From positions 1 through 64,000 of the forward strand of contig CAZWDO010000003.1 in NCBI GenBank assembly GCA_964632485.1: DNA of 64,000 bases, read 5' to 3'. The DNA comes from an uncultured bacterium (lineage in GTDB: Bacteria > JAGOEH01). Positions 30,123 to 39,175 of the stretch are shown piece by piece. The position numbers and the translations under genes are program-made. Position 1 is the stretch's first letter, and each line of letters starts with the position of its first letter. Below the pieces are notes generated by a model. The model was given only the letters and a program-made list of their open reading frames with translations. It was not told where the DNA came from and made no database searches.

Positions 30123-31087
30123 GGAAGCTTTTGCTGAATCCGGGCGCGGTATTGTTCCAACAAGAGTATCGTTTGCGTGATTAATAACAGGTATTCTTCC
30201 GGATCAATATGTTCGCCAGATGATTTTTTGAGGATTTCGGCTGTTTGCTGCATGGGATAGGAGGTCTGAATATCCAATTGATTTACCAGGAGTCTGAGGG
30301 AATGAGCGTTTTTGTCAAAAAAACCGCCTACTTCTGTTGTCGATGGATCGTTATGAGTGTCATCCGCATAGACCTGATCGGAAGTTTTATTCTGATATAG
30401 CGGTGTATAATTAAGATTGCGTTCCAACTCGATATCCTCGAGAAAGGCAAATTTTTTTTGCTGAAGTTTACGCCAGGCAGTTAACTCATGATGAGACTGC
30501 TCCAAGATATGAATATTGGAATCAATCTCATTCAGGGCTCCCTGGACATAGTCTATATAGATACAATTTTCAAATGTTTGAGATGAATCTAATTTGGGAA
30601 GATTTTTAATGCGATCCCAATCAAAGCTGAGTTGAAGTACTGACGGTAAGCAGGTCAATCGGATTTCGGTTAGTTCAGTGATTTGAATTTGAAGCTCTGC
30701 TTTTTGTTGAGCCGAACGGGTTTTATTAATCTGATCTTCCAACGAGTCGATTATTCCTGCATAGAGAATGTTGAGCTTTTCCCGGTTTAATTGCAAGCTG
30801 TCACTGAGTATTTGATATTCCCTGGCGGTTTGTTTAATGTGGCGTGAGATATCGAGGCTATTTGCCATTAATTCGCGAACCTCTCGGTTGCTGTTGTGGG
30901 ATTCATTTTTAGTGTGTTCTATTTCCAGGTTGGTTTGATCCAGAATCTGGTAAAGAGAATCGAGATGAATTTGCATTAAATGGGCCTGATTTTGTTGTCG
31001 GCTAATGGTTTTTTCTAATATAATTGGTCTTTGCGCAAAGAGAGTAGATGAACAAAAAAGGAGGATAAAGGAAAATTTTTTAATCAT
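30119..31087 (-). CDS. Hypothetical exported coiled-coil protein
   Basis: Signal peptide ending LFA-Q; Gln/Leu-rich heptads. Confidence 0.6.
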   Translation of the reverse strand: MIKKFSFILLFCSSTLFAQRPIILEKTISRQQNQAHLMQIHLDSLYQILDQTNLEIEHTKNESHNSNREVRELMANSLDISRHIKQTAREYQILSDSLQLNREKLNILYAGIIDSLEDQINKTRSAQQKAELQIQITELTEIRLTCLPSVLQLSFDWDRIKNLPKLDSSQTFENCIYIDYVQGALNEIDSNIHILEQSHHELTAWRKLQQKKFAFLEDIELERNLNYTPLYQNKTSDQVYADDTHNDPSTTEVGGFFDKNAHSLRLLVNQLDIQTSYPMQQTAEILKKSSGEHIDPEEYLLLITQTILLLEQYRARIQQKLP

Positions 31088-32481
31088 TATATCAGTCCGA
31101 ATTTTTCGAGTTTATAATAGAGGGCGCTGGTTCGGATACTCAGGGTTTTAGCCGCGCGATTTTTATTGCCCCCTGTTTTTTTCAGAGCTTTTTCAATCAG
31201 TTGTTTTTCGAATTGGAACAGAGCGTCATCAAGAGGGGTTGAATCGTCCGGGAAAGCGGGGGATGAAAGGGTAGGTGGACATAATTGACGACAGGTTAAT
31301 TCATAGGAAAGTTCAGATCCTGGAGAAATTACATACAATCGTTCGATCATATTCTGCAATTCACGCACATTACCCGGCCATGTGTAGTTTTGCAGGAGCT
31401 CCATTACCTGAGAGGTGATTTTTTTTTGACGTTCGGGGCGGGTACCCGCGAGGTGAGTTAAAAAATAGCGCACCAGAATGGAAATATCCTCGATGCGTTC
31501 GCGCAAGGGTGGGATATCTATGGGAATTACGCAAATGCGATAATAGAGGTCTTGCCGGAATTTTCCGTCTGCCACTTCCTGCTGCAGGCGGCGGTTCGTA
31601 GCGAAAATCATACGTACATCGACACTGAGAGTTTTTTCGCCGCCTACACGTTCAAATTCTTGTTCCTGTAATACACGCAGTAGTTTGACTTGCATCAGGG
31701 GTGAAATATCGCCGATTTCGTCAAGAAAAAGTGTTCCTTGGTGCGCTAATTCAAAGCGACCTTTGCGGGCTTTTATTGCTCCCGTAAAGGCGCCTTTTTC
31801 ATGGCCAAACAATTCGCTTTCCAATAAATTGTCGTTCAGCGCGGCGCAATTAACCCGAATGAAGGGTTGGTGATTCCGATGGCTGTGATGGTGTATCGCC
31901 CGCGCCACCAGCTCCTTGCCGGTACCGCTCTCTCCCTGTATCAATACTGAACTATCTTCCTCAGCTACCGTGTTGATCATGCGGAAAACTCGTTGCATCC
32001 CCTCTGATTGTCCAATAAGTTCCTGACTGAATAAAGCTAAATCTTCCTCTAATAATCGATTTTTTTCCTGGAGGGCTAACAGTCTCCGGTCCTGGTTCAA
32101 TTTTTCACTGATTTTACGGACCCGTACTCGTAATTCATCCGGCGAAAAGGGTTTGGTTAAAAAATCAATGGCGCCCAGTTTCATGGCTTCGATCGCTGAT
32201 TCAATCGTGGCATAGGCGCTGATTAGTAGTGTTTCTGTATTCGGTGATACTCTTTTGATTTCTTTCATCAGGTGAATACCATCGAAGGGCTCCATACGTA
32301 AATCGCTGATTACAATAAAGATAGGGTGGGAATTAAAAAAATCCAGGGCTTTTTGGGGATTGCCGAAACTATATACTGTATAGCCTTCCCGTCTTAAAGA
32401 GACTTCCATGCCCATACGCATGGTGTCATTATCCTCGACTATCAGAATTTCAAAATCAGCAGCTTGTTTTTTGTCCATCAA
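31087..32481 (-). CDS. Sigma54-dependent response regulator (NtrC/AtoC family)
   Basis: REC domain (VEDN, SDLRM, KPF), GESGTGKE, GAFTGA, WPGNVREL, Fis-type HTH. Confidence 0.95.
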   Translation of the reverse strand: MMDKKQAADFEILIVEDNDTMRMGMEVSLRREGYTVYSFGNPQKALDFFNSHPIFIVISDLRMEPFDGIHLMKEIKRVSPNTETLLISAYATIESAIEAMKLGAIDFLTKPFSPDELRVRVRKISEKLNQDRRLLALQEKNRLLEEDLALFSQELIGQSEGMQRVFRMINTVAEEDSSVLIQGESGTGKELVARAIHHHSHRNHQPFIRVNCAALNDNLLESELFGHEKGAFTGAIKARKGRFELAHQGTLFLDEIGDISPLMQVKLLRVLQEQEFERVGGEKTLSVDVRMIFATNRRLQQEVADGKFRQDLYYRICVIPIDIPPLRERIEDISILVRYFLTHLAGTRPERQKKITSQVMELLQNYTWPGNVRELQNMIERLYVISPGSELSYELTCRQLCPPTLSSPAFPDDSTPLDDALFQFEKQLIEKALKKTGGNKNRAAKTLSIRTSALYYKLEKFGLI

Positions 32482-33890
32482 TCGTTTCCTGTTGTCATAT
32501 TATTGGTGATCACAAATACAGATCCCCCATCGGGATTTTTTTCGATGGTTATGGCGGCCTGATTCTCAAAACAGAGTTTTTTGCAAATCGACAAGCCAAG
32601 CCCAGTGCCCTCAATCCGGGTGGTAAAAAATGGATTAAAAATTTTTTCCAGTAAGGGTTCCGGTACCCCTGGGCCGTTATCAGCTATACGTATCTGAATA
32701 TTTAGGTTGCTTTTTGCGGCGCTGAAACAGATTTTGCCGGATTCCGCCATCGCTTGAATAGAATTTGTTACCAGATTCAACAGAATTTGACGAAAATGGT
32801 TCCCATCGAAATCAATCATCAAAGATGAGTCGATATAATTCTCATACGCAATTTGTTTTTGTTGTAATTCAATATTCATCATCTGGCGCACTTCTTCGAC
32901 AGTATCATAGACATTTACGTTTCCGGGTTGTGCCGGCATCGGCCGACTGTAGTTCAAGAAGGCTGTAATCAGGCATTTCATGCCGCTGATTTCGTCTAAC
33001 ACTTTTTGAATATAGGTTATATTCTTGTTGTCGGTTTGTAAATCTTCTCGTATCAGGCCGGCTAAAAGTTCCATTCCTCCTAAGGGATTTCGAATTTCAT
33101 GAGCAATTTGGGCCAGCATTTCCTCTTTCTCCGACTGATGATGGATCAATTGGAGCCGCATCCGGTCCAGAGTGTTTGCCAGGATATTGAACTCCCCGCG
33201 TACATGTTGTGGGACTTGGGACTGAAATTGTCCGTTCCCGATTTTTTCGCTGAATTGCGCCAATAGGTTAACTGGTTGGATAATCAAGCGGGCCAGGAGG
33301 TAACTTCCGGCAAAAACCAGTACCAGTCCACCGCCACCGATGGCGGCAAAAATCCAGGCAAGGAATTCAATTTCGTTTAACCGCGCGGCATTTTCCTGGA
33401 TTGCCAGCCAATATTCATCGCTTAAGCGATAAAATCCCCACATATACCATAAGCTATCTTTGCCTTTAAATGGAAGGGTTGTAAAGATCCCATCCCGGTT
33501 CATGGTGAGGATATCACGCTTATGCATCCGCAAATCCGGCTCTTCCATCGCTTTCAATGCGGCGCTGTCCGCGCGGATAATTATTCGCAAATCCTGATCA
33601 AAAATAAGTAAATCGGGATTATTAATCCGTGTTGTAATCGTCACAAACCGTTCCCGGTAATACTTCAATCCGCGATTTTCCACCGATCCGCTCATTAAAT
33701 AGGGTAAGTATTTCACTTCAATCATGGCCGCTACTAATTTTAAATTAGTAGCGATTTGAGATTGGAGTTGGTTAAGATAAATTTTCCGGATTGTGTAATA
33801 GCTCAGGAGCGAGATAATGGCGATTAACAATACCATGATGCAGGAGAAGAGAATCATAATATAGATTTTAAATGAGATTCGGGGTCGCAG
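32478..33890 (-). CDS. Membrane sensor histidine kinase (periplasmic domain, HAMP, HisKA, HATPase)
   Basis: Two TMs, AHEIRNPL, DNGPG, FFTT..GTGLGL; likely start is CTG 33890 (SD at 7 nt), otherwise ATG 33857. Confidence 0.9.
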   Translation of the reverse strand: MRPRISFKIYIMILFSCIMVLLIAIISLLSYYTIRKIYLNQLQSQIATNLKLVAAMIEVKYLPYLMSGSVENRGLKYYRERFVTITTRINNPDLLIFDQDLRIIIRADSAALKAMEEPDLRMHKRDILTMNRDGIFTTLPFKGKDSLWYMWGFYRLSDEYWLAIQENAARLNEIEFLAWIFAAIGGGGLVLVFAGSYLLARLIIQPVNLLAQFSEKIGNGQFQSQVPQHVRGEFNILANTLDRMRLQLIHHQSEKEEMLAQIAHEIRNPLGGMELLAGLIREDLQTDNKNITYIQKVLDEISGMKCLITAFLNYSRPMPAQPGNVNVYDTVEEVRQMMNIELQQKQIAYENYIDSSLMIDFDGNHFRQILLNLVTNSIQAMAESGKICFSAAKSNLNIQIRIADNGPGVPEPLLEKIFNPFFTTRIEGTGLGLSICKKLCFENQAAITIEKNPDGGSVFVITNNMTTGND

Positions 33891-33905
33891 CAGTTGTCTC
33901 CTTGC

Positions 33906-35708
33906 TTAAAGATAGATACGGAATCCCAGCCACCATTGAGCGATTCGGAATTCGTTGTTTAAATCGGGTTCAAAAAGGGCATTGACTTTAAATTGCGGAG
34001 TAATCGCAATCTCGAAATTTGCGAAAAGGTCTGTGTGTTCATCCGTCATGTTCCGGGTGGGTTCGCGATATCGCTCTCCAAATTGTTCTGTTCTTGTAAT
34101 CTTCCGGTTTTCGATCCGTTCGCGAAAAGTGTACCAGGCGGTCGTTTGATCCTCAATTTTCCATTCTTTGAGTGATTTGTTCAAACCCAGATCCAATCTG
34201 TAGTTTTTTGTGATTTGAAAGCTCAAGATGATGGGTAATTGGTATTCCCAACAATTTGACTGATATTGCCACTCGAGTTTTTTATCTTCTGTAAGTTGGC
34301 TTTGATAGGTCGAACTGTCTTTTTTTTCTTCATAATCATTATAATATCGATTGAAATAATAGGATGCCTGTGAAGATTGAACGGGTTCCATCATATTGAT
34401 TTTCGTTAGGGAATAGGAGTAATAAAGACCGACTGACAAGGTTGCCTTTGCGGATAGTTGGCGGTTCAGACTGATCATAACTTGGTGTAGGTTCTGCTTT
34501 TTAGTTCCGTCTCCCTGACGGATATCATGGGTTTTTGACCATGAAAGATAATCAGATGAGTGTAGATTATATTCCCAGCTTCCCTGATAGAACGATGTAT
34601 CCAGGATAGTCGAATGGTTAGTTAAATCGCGGCTGATTTGCCGATAGGTATAAAATGCGCGCAAGTACATATCCGGCCGAAACTGATTGGAATAGTTAAT
34701 GCTCAGGTATTCGCTATGCCCGTCATGTTGCCAAATCTGATCGGTATGTGAGCAATACAGGGATCGGTAGAAATTTTGAGTGTTTTCTCTATTTTCATAA
34801 TAATAAAAAGAAGAATCACGATATTGAAAATTTTGGTCGGTTTTTCCGGCAAGATAACCCACTTTCAGACCCAGTTGAACACTTGAATCGGGGGCGAATT
34901 GAATACCCCCGGCTAAATCGCTATGATGGTAGTCTGAATTTTTTTCCTGATAATAGTAGTAACTGTTAATATATTCATTTTGTGGAAAATACTCTCCTCG
35001 AGTGGCATTCAGGTAATTACCTTCTCTACTGTGGGTTACGCCGCTGAAACTCAAACCCGTCGAAAAGCGGGGAGAGAATTTCCAGGCCGCAGTAAATGTG
35101 TATTTAAATCCGCGGGTGAACATCTCGTCTTCTCCCGACGCGCGATCAATAACTGGAATATCGATATCGTTGATATCATCGTATTCTGCATTTTTAGCCC
35201 CATAATAAATCCATGCCGGCAAAGAATAGAATTGTTCGTTCTTGCGGATCAATTGAAATTCAGCGGCGAATTGCAGTCTCGATAAACTCAGGGGGAAGGG
35301 ACGCCCTATTAAGGCCAAGGTCAGAAACGGTTGTGGCTCGCTTCGGGTTTCAACTGCCCATTGGGGATTATAATAGATTAATGGACTGTAATAATCATAA
35401 GTCCCGTAATTGAGCCCATAATCGCGAACAATAGCCGACTCGGTTCGATCTCCCCGCATATCCGCATAGATAAGTAAATTGTTTGTGTCCAGATCGACAA
35501 TAGATGCAGGATTTAGCCAAATGCTAAGGAAAGGGTCTTTTACTAATCCTGGCATTACATTGTTGAATTGATGGATACCATAGGGATTCAGATAGAAGGA
35601 GTTGAAATAGATATCCGATTCTTCGAAGCTTTTTTCCAGGGATCGCTGGTCCCAGTATTGGCCCCACAACAAAACCGGCGCTACCATTATTAAAAGTAAG
35701 CGTTTCAT
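33906..35708 (-). CDS. Large outer-membrane beta-barrel protein of unknown function
   Basis: Signal peptide ending LWG-Q; Tyr/Ser-rich strands; C-terminal WWLGFRIYL beta-signal. Confidence 0.65.
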   Translation of the reverse strand: MKRLLLIMVAPVLLWGQYWDQRSLEKSFEESDIYFNSFYLNPYGIHQFNNVMPGLVKDPFLSIWLNPASIVDLDTNNLLIYADMRGDRTESAIVRDYGLNYGTYDYYSPLIYYNPQWAVETRSEPQPFLTLALIGRPFPLSLSRLQFAAEFQLIRKNEQFYSLPAWIYYGAKNAEYDDINDIDIPVIDRASGEDEMFTRGFKYTFTAAWKFSPRFSTGLSFSGVTHSREGNYLNATRGEYFPQNEYINSYYYYQEKNSDYHHSDLAGGIQFAPDSSVQLGLKVGYLAGKTDQNFQYRDSSFYYYENRENTQNFYRSLYCSHTDQIWQHDGHSEYLSINYSNQFRPDMYLRAFYTYRQISRDLTNHSTILDTSFYQGSWEYNLHSSDYLSWSKTHDIRQGDGTKKQNLHQVMISLNRQLSAKATLSVGLYYSYSLTKINMMEPVQSSQASYYFNRYYNDYEEKKDSSTYQSQLTEDKKLEWQYQSNCWEYQLPIILSFQITKNYRLDLGLNKSLKEWKIEDQTTAWYTFRERIENRKITRTEQFGERYREPTRNMTDEHTDLFANFEIAITPQFKVNALFEPDLNNEFRIAQWWLGFRIYL

Positions 35709-35779
35709 ATCACCCTCGCATTGTTGAGTTACATAGATTTTCGATGGGCATCCTGTTTTAATCTCGCAAAAAAAACTGA

Positions 35780-37018
35780 TTATTCAGTTTTAACGTCACC
35801 GATTTTCCCGATAAAGAGAATCGATTGCGTATGTGATTCATGGATCACAAAAAGAAAGGGGCGATTGACCACCATTGAAAACTGTTCCTGTGGAGGCATG
35901 CTGGTAACTTCAAAACTTATGGATGTTACAGCGGCGGCTTCAGCGCCTTCTTCATCAACTTCTATAAACGTTTTGTGTTTGACTTCGCTGATAAAGATTT
36001 TTTCATCTGTGATGTTGCTGAAATTAGCCGTGATGGGATTGAAAGCGGCCTGCATTCCGAGGGCTTGTAAAATGTCATTCAACTGGATTTCATATTCCAG
36101 CTTGAATTTCGGCAGATAAAGAGTTCCTGAATCGGGTTCCATTCTGTCGAGCATCGATTGCCAGGTTAAACCATCCAGTTCATTGATCAAGTCAGCGAGA
36201 TTTTCTCCATCTGTGGGCAAAACTACTGTCATTCGAAAAAGAGAGTCGCCATACGGGAGATCAATGGCTTGAAACTGATCATTTTTGTAGTAATCAAAAA
36301 GGTTTTTCTGGATCATCATCCGGCAGGGAGTATTGCCGTTCGACGCCGATTGAAAATTGCCGTTATATGTTTGTTCATGATTGAACTGATAGCTCCACTC
36401 TCCTTTAAAGTAAATTGCATTGATCAAAAACATAATAACCATCGGGTCGATTTCGTCGATGATGGTATCTATTTTATCATGAGTTTTGTTGGCAACCCAT
36501 TGATTAATAATATCTTTTGCGCTAGAAAGGTTGAAGTTGAGGGAGTGAACCTCTGCCTGGTACCAGGTTTGATTAACGGACAGAAAATCGGGTTTAATGG
36601 AGAAGCCCTCTTGATACCAAATTGAATTGGCGATTTCGAAGATGACTTTGGAATCAAGTTCCATCAGGAAAGTGATCAGACTTAAATACGCCTGGTTAAT
36701 TTCATCCAAAGTAAGATCGTTCATTTTTATCATTTGCTGCATTTCTGCCAGGGTTTCTCCTGCTGCGCCGTTTAATGCCATTCCCAATGCTAAAGAAACA
36801 CTTAACGGAGAGATAAAAATGTTCACGCTGCTATCCGCTTTGTTGATTTTACTAAAAAGTTCAAATCCGAAGGTATTATCGGTGTTGATGATTTGGTTTT
36901 CGGCCGCGCTCATTTGCCGTAGGTCACGGTTTTTGATCTTATGATTTTCTTCAGTATCCGAACATGTTACGCTCAGTAATAAAAATGAAACGCCAATTAG
37001 TAGCATCCAACTACGCAT
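35780..37018 (-). CDS. Serpin (serine protease inhibitor), lipoprotein
   Basis: NIFISPLS, NAIYFKGEW, LPKFK, hinge EEGAEAAAVT, NRPFLFVI; lipobox-like SVTC. Confidence 0.95.
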   Translation of the reverse strand: MRSWMLLIGVSFLLLSVTCSDTEENHKIKNRDLRQMSAAENQIINTDNTFGFELFSKINKADSSVNIFISPLSVSLALGMALNGAAGETLAEMQQMIKMNDLTLDEINQAYLSLITFLMELDSKVIFEIANSIWYQEGFSIKPDFLSVNQTWYQAEVHSLNFNLSSAKDIINQWVANKTHDKIDTIIDEIDPMVIMFLINAIYFKGEWSYQFNHEQTYNGNFQSASNGNTPCRMMIQKNLFDYYKNDQFQAIDLPYGDSLFRMTVVLPTDGENLADLINELDGLTWQSMLDRMEPDSGTLYLPKFKLEYEIQLNDILQALGMQAAFNPITANFSNITDEKIFISEVKHKTFIEVDEEGAEAAAVTSISFEVTSMPPQEQFSMVVNRPFLFVIHESHTQSILFIGKIGDVKTE

Positions 37019-37061
37019 AGATAGACTCCTTAGTTTAAGTGGTGAGTTTTGCCTTTAATTG

Positions 37062-37078
37062 TTGCAAAATTCATGCCA
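37062..37078 (-). promoter_or_regulatory. Sigma54 (-24/-12) promoter of the serpin operon
   Basis: TGGCATGAATTTTGCAA (GG-N10-GC) 44 nt upstream of the serpin ATG. Confidence 0.8.
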
Positions 37079-37188
37079 CCTGAAATTAGATTTTCCGCAT
37101 AACGACTCCTGTCCGCTAACATCTCCCCTTGCAATCTATTTATTAATATACGCAAAAGTTAAGTAAAAGCAAAGTGTTATTAACTCTA

Positions 37189-37237
37189 TCAGAAATTTGA
37201 AATGTTTTCAGAAATCTGATAATTTTCCGAATTTGTA
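37189..37237. promoter_or_regulatory. Candidate upstream activator (enhancer) sites
   Basis: Tandem near-palindromes TCAGAAATTTGA (37189), TCAGAAATCTGA (37208) and degenerate TCCGAATTTGTA (37226). Confidence 0.5.
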
Positions 37238-37574
37238 AAATTTTCATGAAATACACATCTTGGCTTAAATTTTTAATATTGACAGGATATCAGTAGTTAT
37301 TGACAAGAGATGGATGTTGTGTCATTAAGACCGATCTACCCCAAGTTGCCGCCGATACGACAACCATTCATCAGCGGTGCAAAGGCTTGGCGAAGGTGAA
37401 CGGGACTTTCGAGTGGAAAAAAGCATGCTGGGAGTCCGATAAATAACTGTTGTCTATAACTGGAACAGCCGATACAACGAATTATCCATTCAATGTCAGA
37501 TCACATACAATTTTTTGGTAGTATAGTTTGAAAAGCATGAAAGGTTAAGCCCATTGTCTAAAAAATTATAACTC

Positions 37575-38969
37575 TTAAAGCCATTTTTTCATTTTGAAAT
37601 AGAAAAAAGTTGCTAATGCAGGAATGGATGATGCCGAAAAAATAGCGATTAACACGTAAGGGCTTTTTTGCAGGGGAAGGCCGACATTCATACCGTAAAA
37701 GGATGTGACAATCATAGGGAAAGTGAGAATGATCGTAATGAGTGTCAGAAGTTTCATGACGACATTCAGATTATTTGAAATCACCGATGCAAAGGCATCC
37801 ATTAAACCGGTTAAAATGTTGCTATAGATATTAGACATCTCCTGGGCCTGTTTGCATTCAATGATGATATCTTCGATGATATTGTCGTATTCTTTGTTCT
37901 TAGCGTCCAGTTTAAGTATGTTTTGCCGGTTGAAGCGGTCGAGCATTATTTCCATTGATTTGAGTGAAGTGGTAAAATAGACCAGGCTTTTTTCAAGGTT
38001 GAGAAGTTTGAAAAGTTGTTTGTTTTGCATCGACTCCTGCAGCTTACTCTGGATTAAATTAGTAATATTGTTTATTTGCTTTAAATATTGGTGGTACAAT
38101 AGAATAGTACGCATAAAGAGCTGCAGCACGAAGCGTTCCTTAAAATTTGTATTAAAATTTCTGACTTTTCCCGCTAAAAATTCCGGAATGACGTCATTGC
38201 CGGCTAATGAAATGGTAATAATGAAGTTGGGGATAAGGATAATACCCATGGAATCGGTTGAGTAGAGTAAGTCTTTGTTTTCTTCATCAAAAATCGGGAC
38301 TTTAATAATAATTAATATTGCGTGCTCATCGACTTCAATGCGCGCGCGTTCATCGGGATCGATGGATGCCGTCAAGAAATCATGGGGAATGTTGAATGCT
38401 TTTGCGATATAGTCGAGTTCTTCTTTTTCTGGATCTTCAAGATTGATCCAGGATTCACGCTCGAAACGGCCGATTTTTTCAAGTCCTTTGTCGCGGGTCT
38501 TATAGACATCGATATTTTCAAAGGGTTCCCCTTCTTCATCAAGGATATAATTTTCTTTCGGTTCGGGCAGTCGAATCTCTTCTTCTTCCTCGGCTTCCCG
38601 CGCTTTTTTTTCTTCAACTTCTATTACAGGGAAAAAGGATTCAAAAATTTTGATCTTTTCGGGGGAAAATCCCTGATAAAAGTTTTCTTCATCCTCATCG
38701 GACATATAATAAGCGAGCTGCGCCAATTGTTGATCAGAGAGGGCATCAATCAATTGTATGCGTAGTTCCGCATCCAGGTTTACAAAAATATCGGAGGCAT
38801 CTTCGGGATCAATATGAGTGATTACTTGAAAAACTTCAGGAGTTTCGAGAGCGCTGATAAAATCAGCGGCGACGGAAGGAGTATTTGTGGAGCAAAAGTA
38901 TTCCAGATCATCATATTTTTCATGTTGCAGCATTTCTCTGAGCTCAGGTACCAGTAACGGGTTCTTCAT
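37575..38969 (-). CDS. corA: CorA-family Mg2+ transporter with an N-terminal MgtE_N-like domain
   Basis: C-terminal WINLEDP...SVISNNLNVVMKLLT...YGMNV; N-terminal ~100 aa helical repeats like the MgtE intracellular N domain. Confidence 0.88.
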   Translation of the reverse strand: MKNPLLVPELREMLQHEKYDDLEYFCSTNTPSVAADFISALETPEVFQVITHIDPEDASDIFVNLDAELRIQLIDALSDQQLAQLAYYMSDEDEENFYQGFSPEKIKIFESFFPVIEVEEKKAREAEEEEEIRLPEPKENYILDEEGEPFENIDVYKTRDKGLEKIGRFERESWINLEDPEKEELDYIAKAFNIPHDFLTASIDPDERARIEVDEHAILIIIKVPIFDEENKDLLYSTDSMGIILIPNFIITISLAGNDVIPEFLAGKVRNFNTNFKERFVLQLFMRTILLYHQYLKQINNITNLIQSKLQESMQNKQLFKLLNLEKSLVYFTTSLKSMEIMLDRFNRQNILKLDAKNKEYDNIIEDIIIECKQAQEMSNIYSNILTGLMDAFASVISNNLNVVMKLLTLITIILTFPMIVTSFYGMNVGLPLQKSPYVLIAIFSASSIPALATFFYFKMKKWL

Positions 38970-39121
38970 TGGATTGCTCCCTTGTTGGTTACACGATTAA
39001 TTGAGGGCATCCATTGGAACAGTAAAATTTTCAGTATCCCCGGGCAATCTTCATTATTATCGTTTTGAACCCAAATTGATTTACTTCAACGGGGAAGGGG
39101 CTGAAAATTTTGATTCCTCAC
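38970..39121 (-). promoter_or_regulatory. Structured 5' leader of corA with a uORF and an anti-SD stem
   Basis: 11-bp inverted repeat 39024-39034/39101-39111 plus TCCCCG/CGGGGA; uORF 39121-39086; TGGATGCCCT can pair with the SD region. Confidence 0.55.
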
Positions 39122-39127
39122 TGGTTT

Positions 39128-39156
39128 AATATAATTCATTTATGGAAGATTGTCAA
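39128..39156 (-). promoter_or_regulatory. Sigma70 promoter of corA
   Basis: TTGACA-17-TATATT. Confidence 0.75.
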
Positions 39157-39175
39157 GTTTTTCTCTTTAAATCAA

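Noticed and set aside
38970-39121. M-box (ykoK) riboswitch upstream of corA
   Set aside because: It lacks the recognisable M-box conserved segments; reported instead as an unknown leader.
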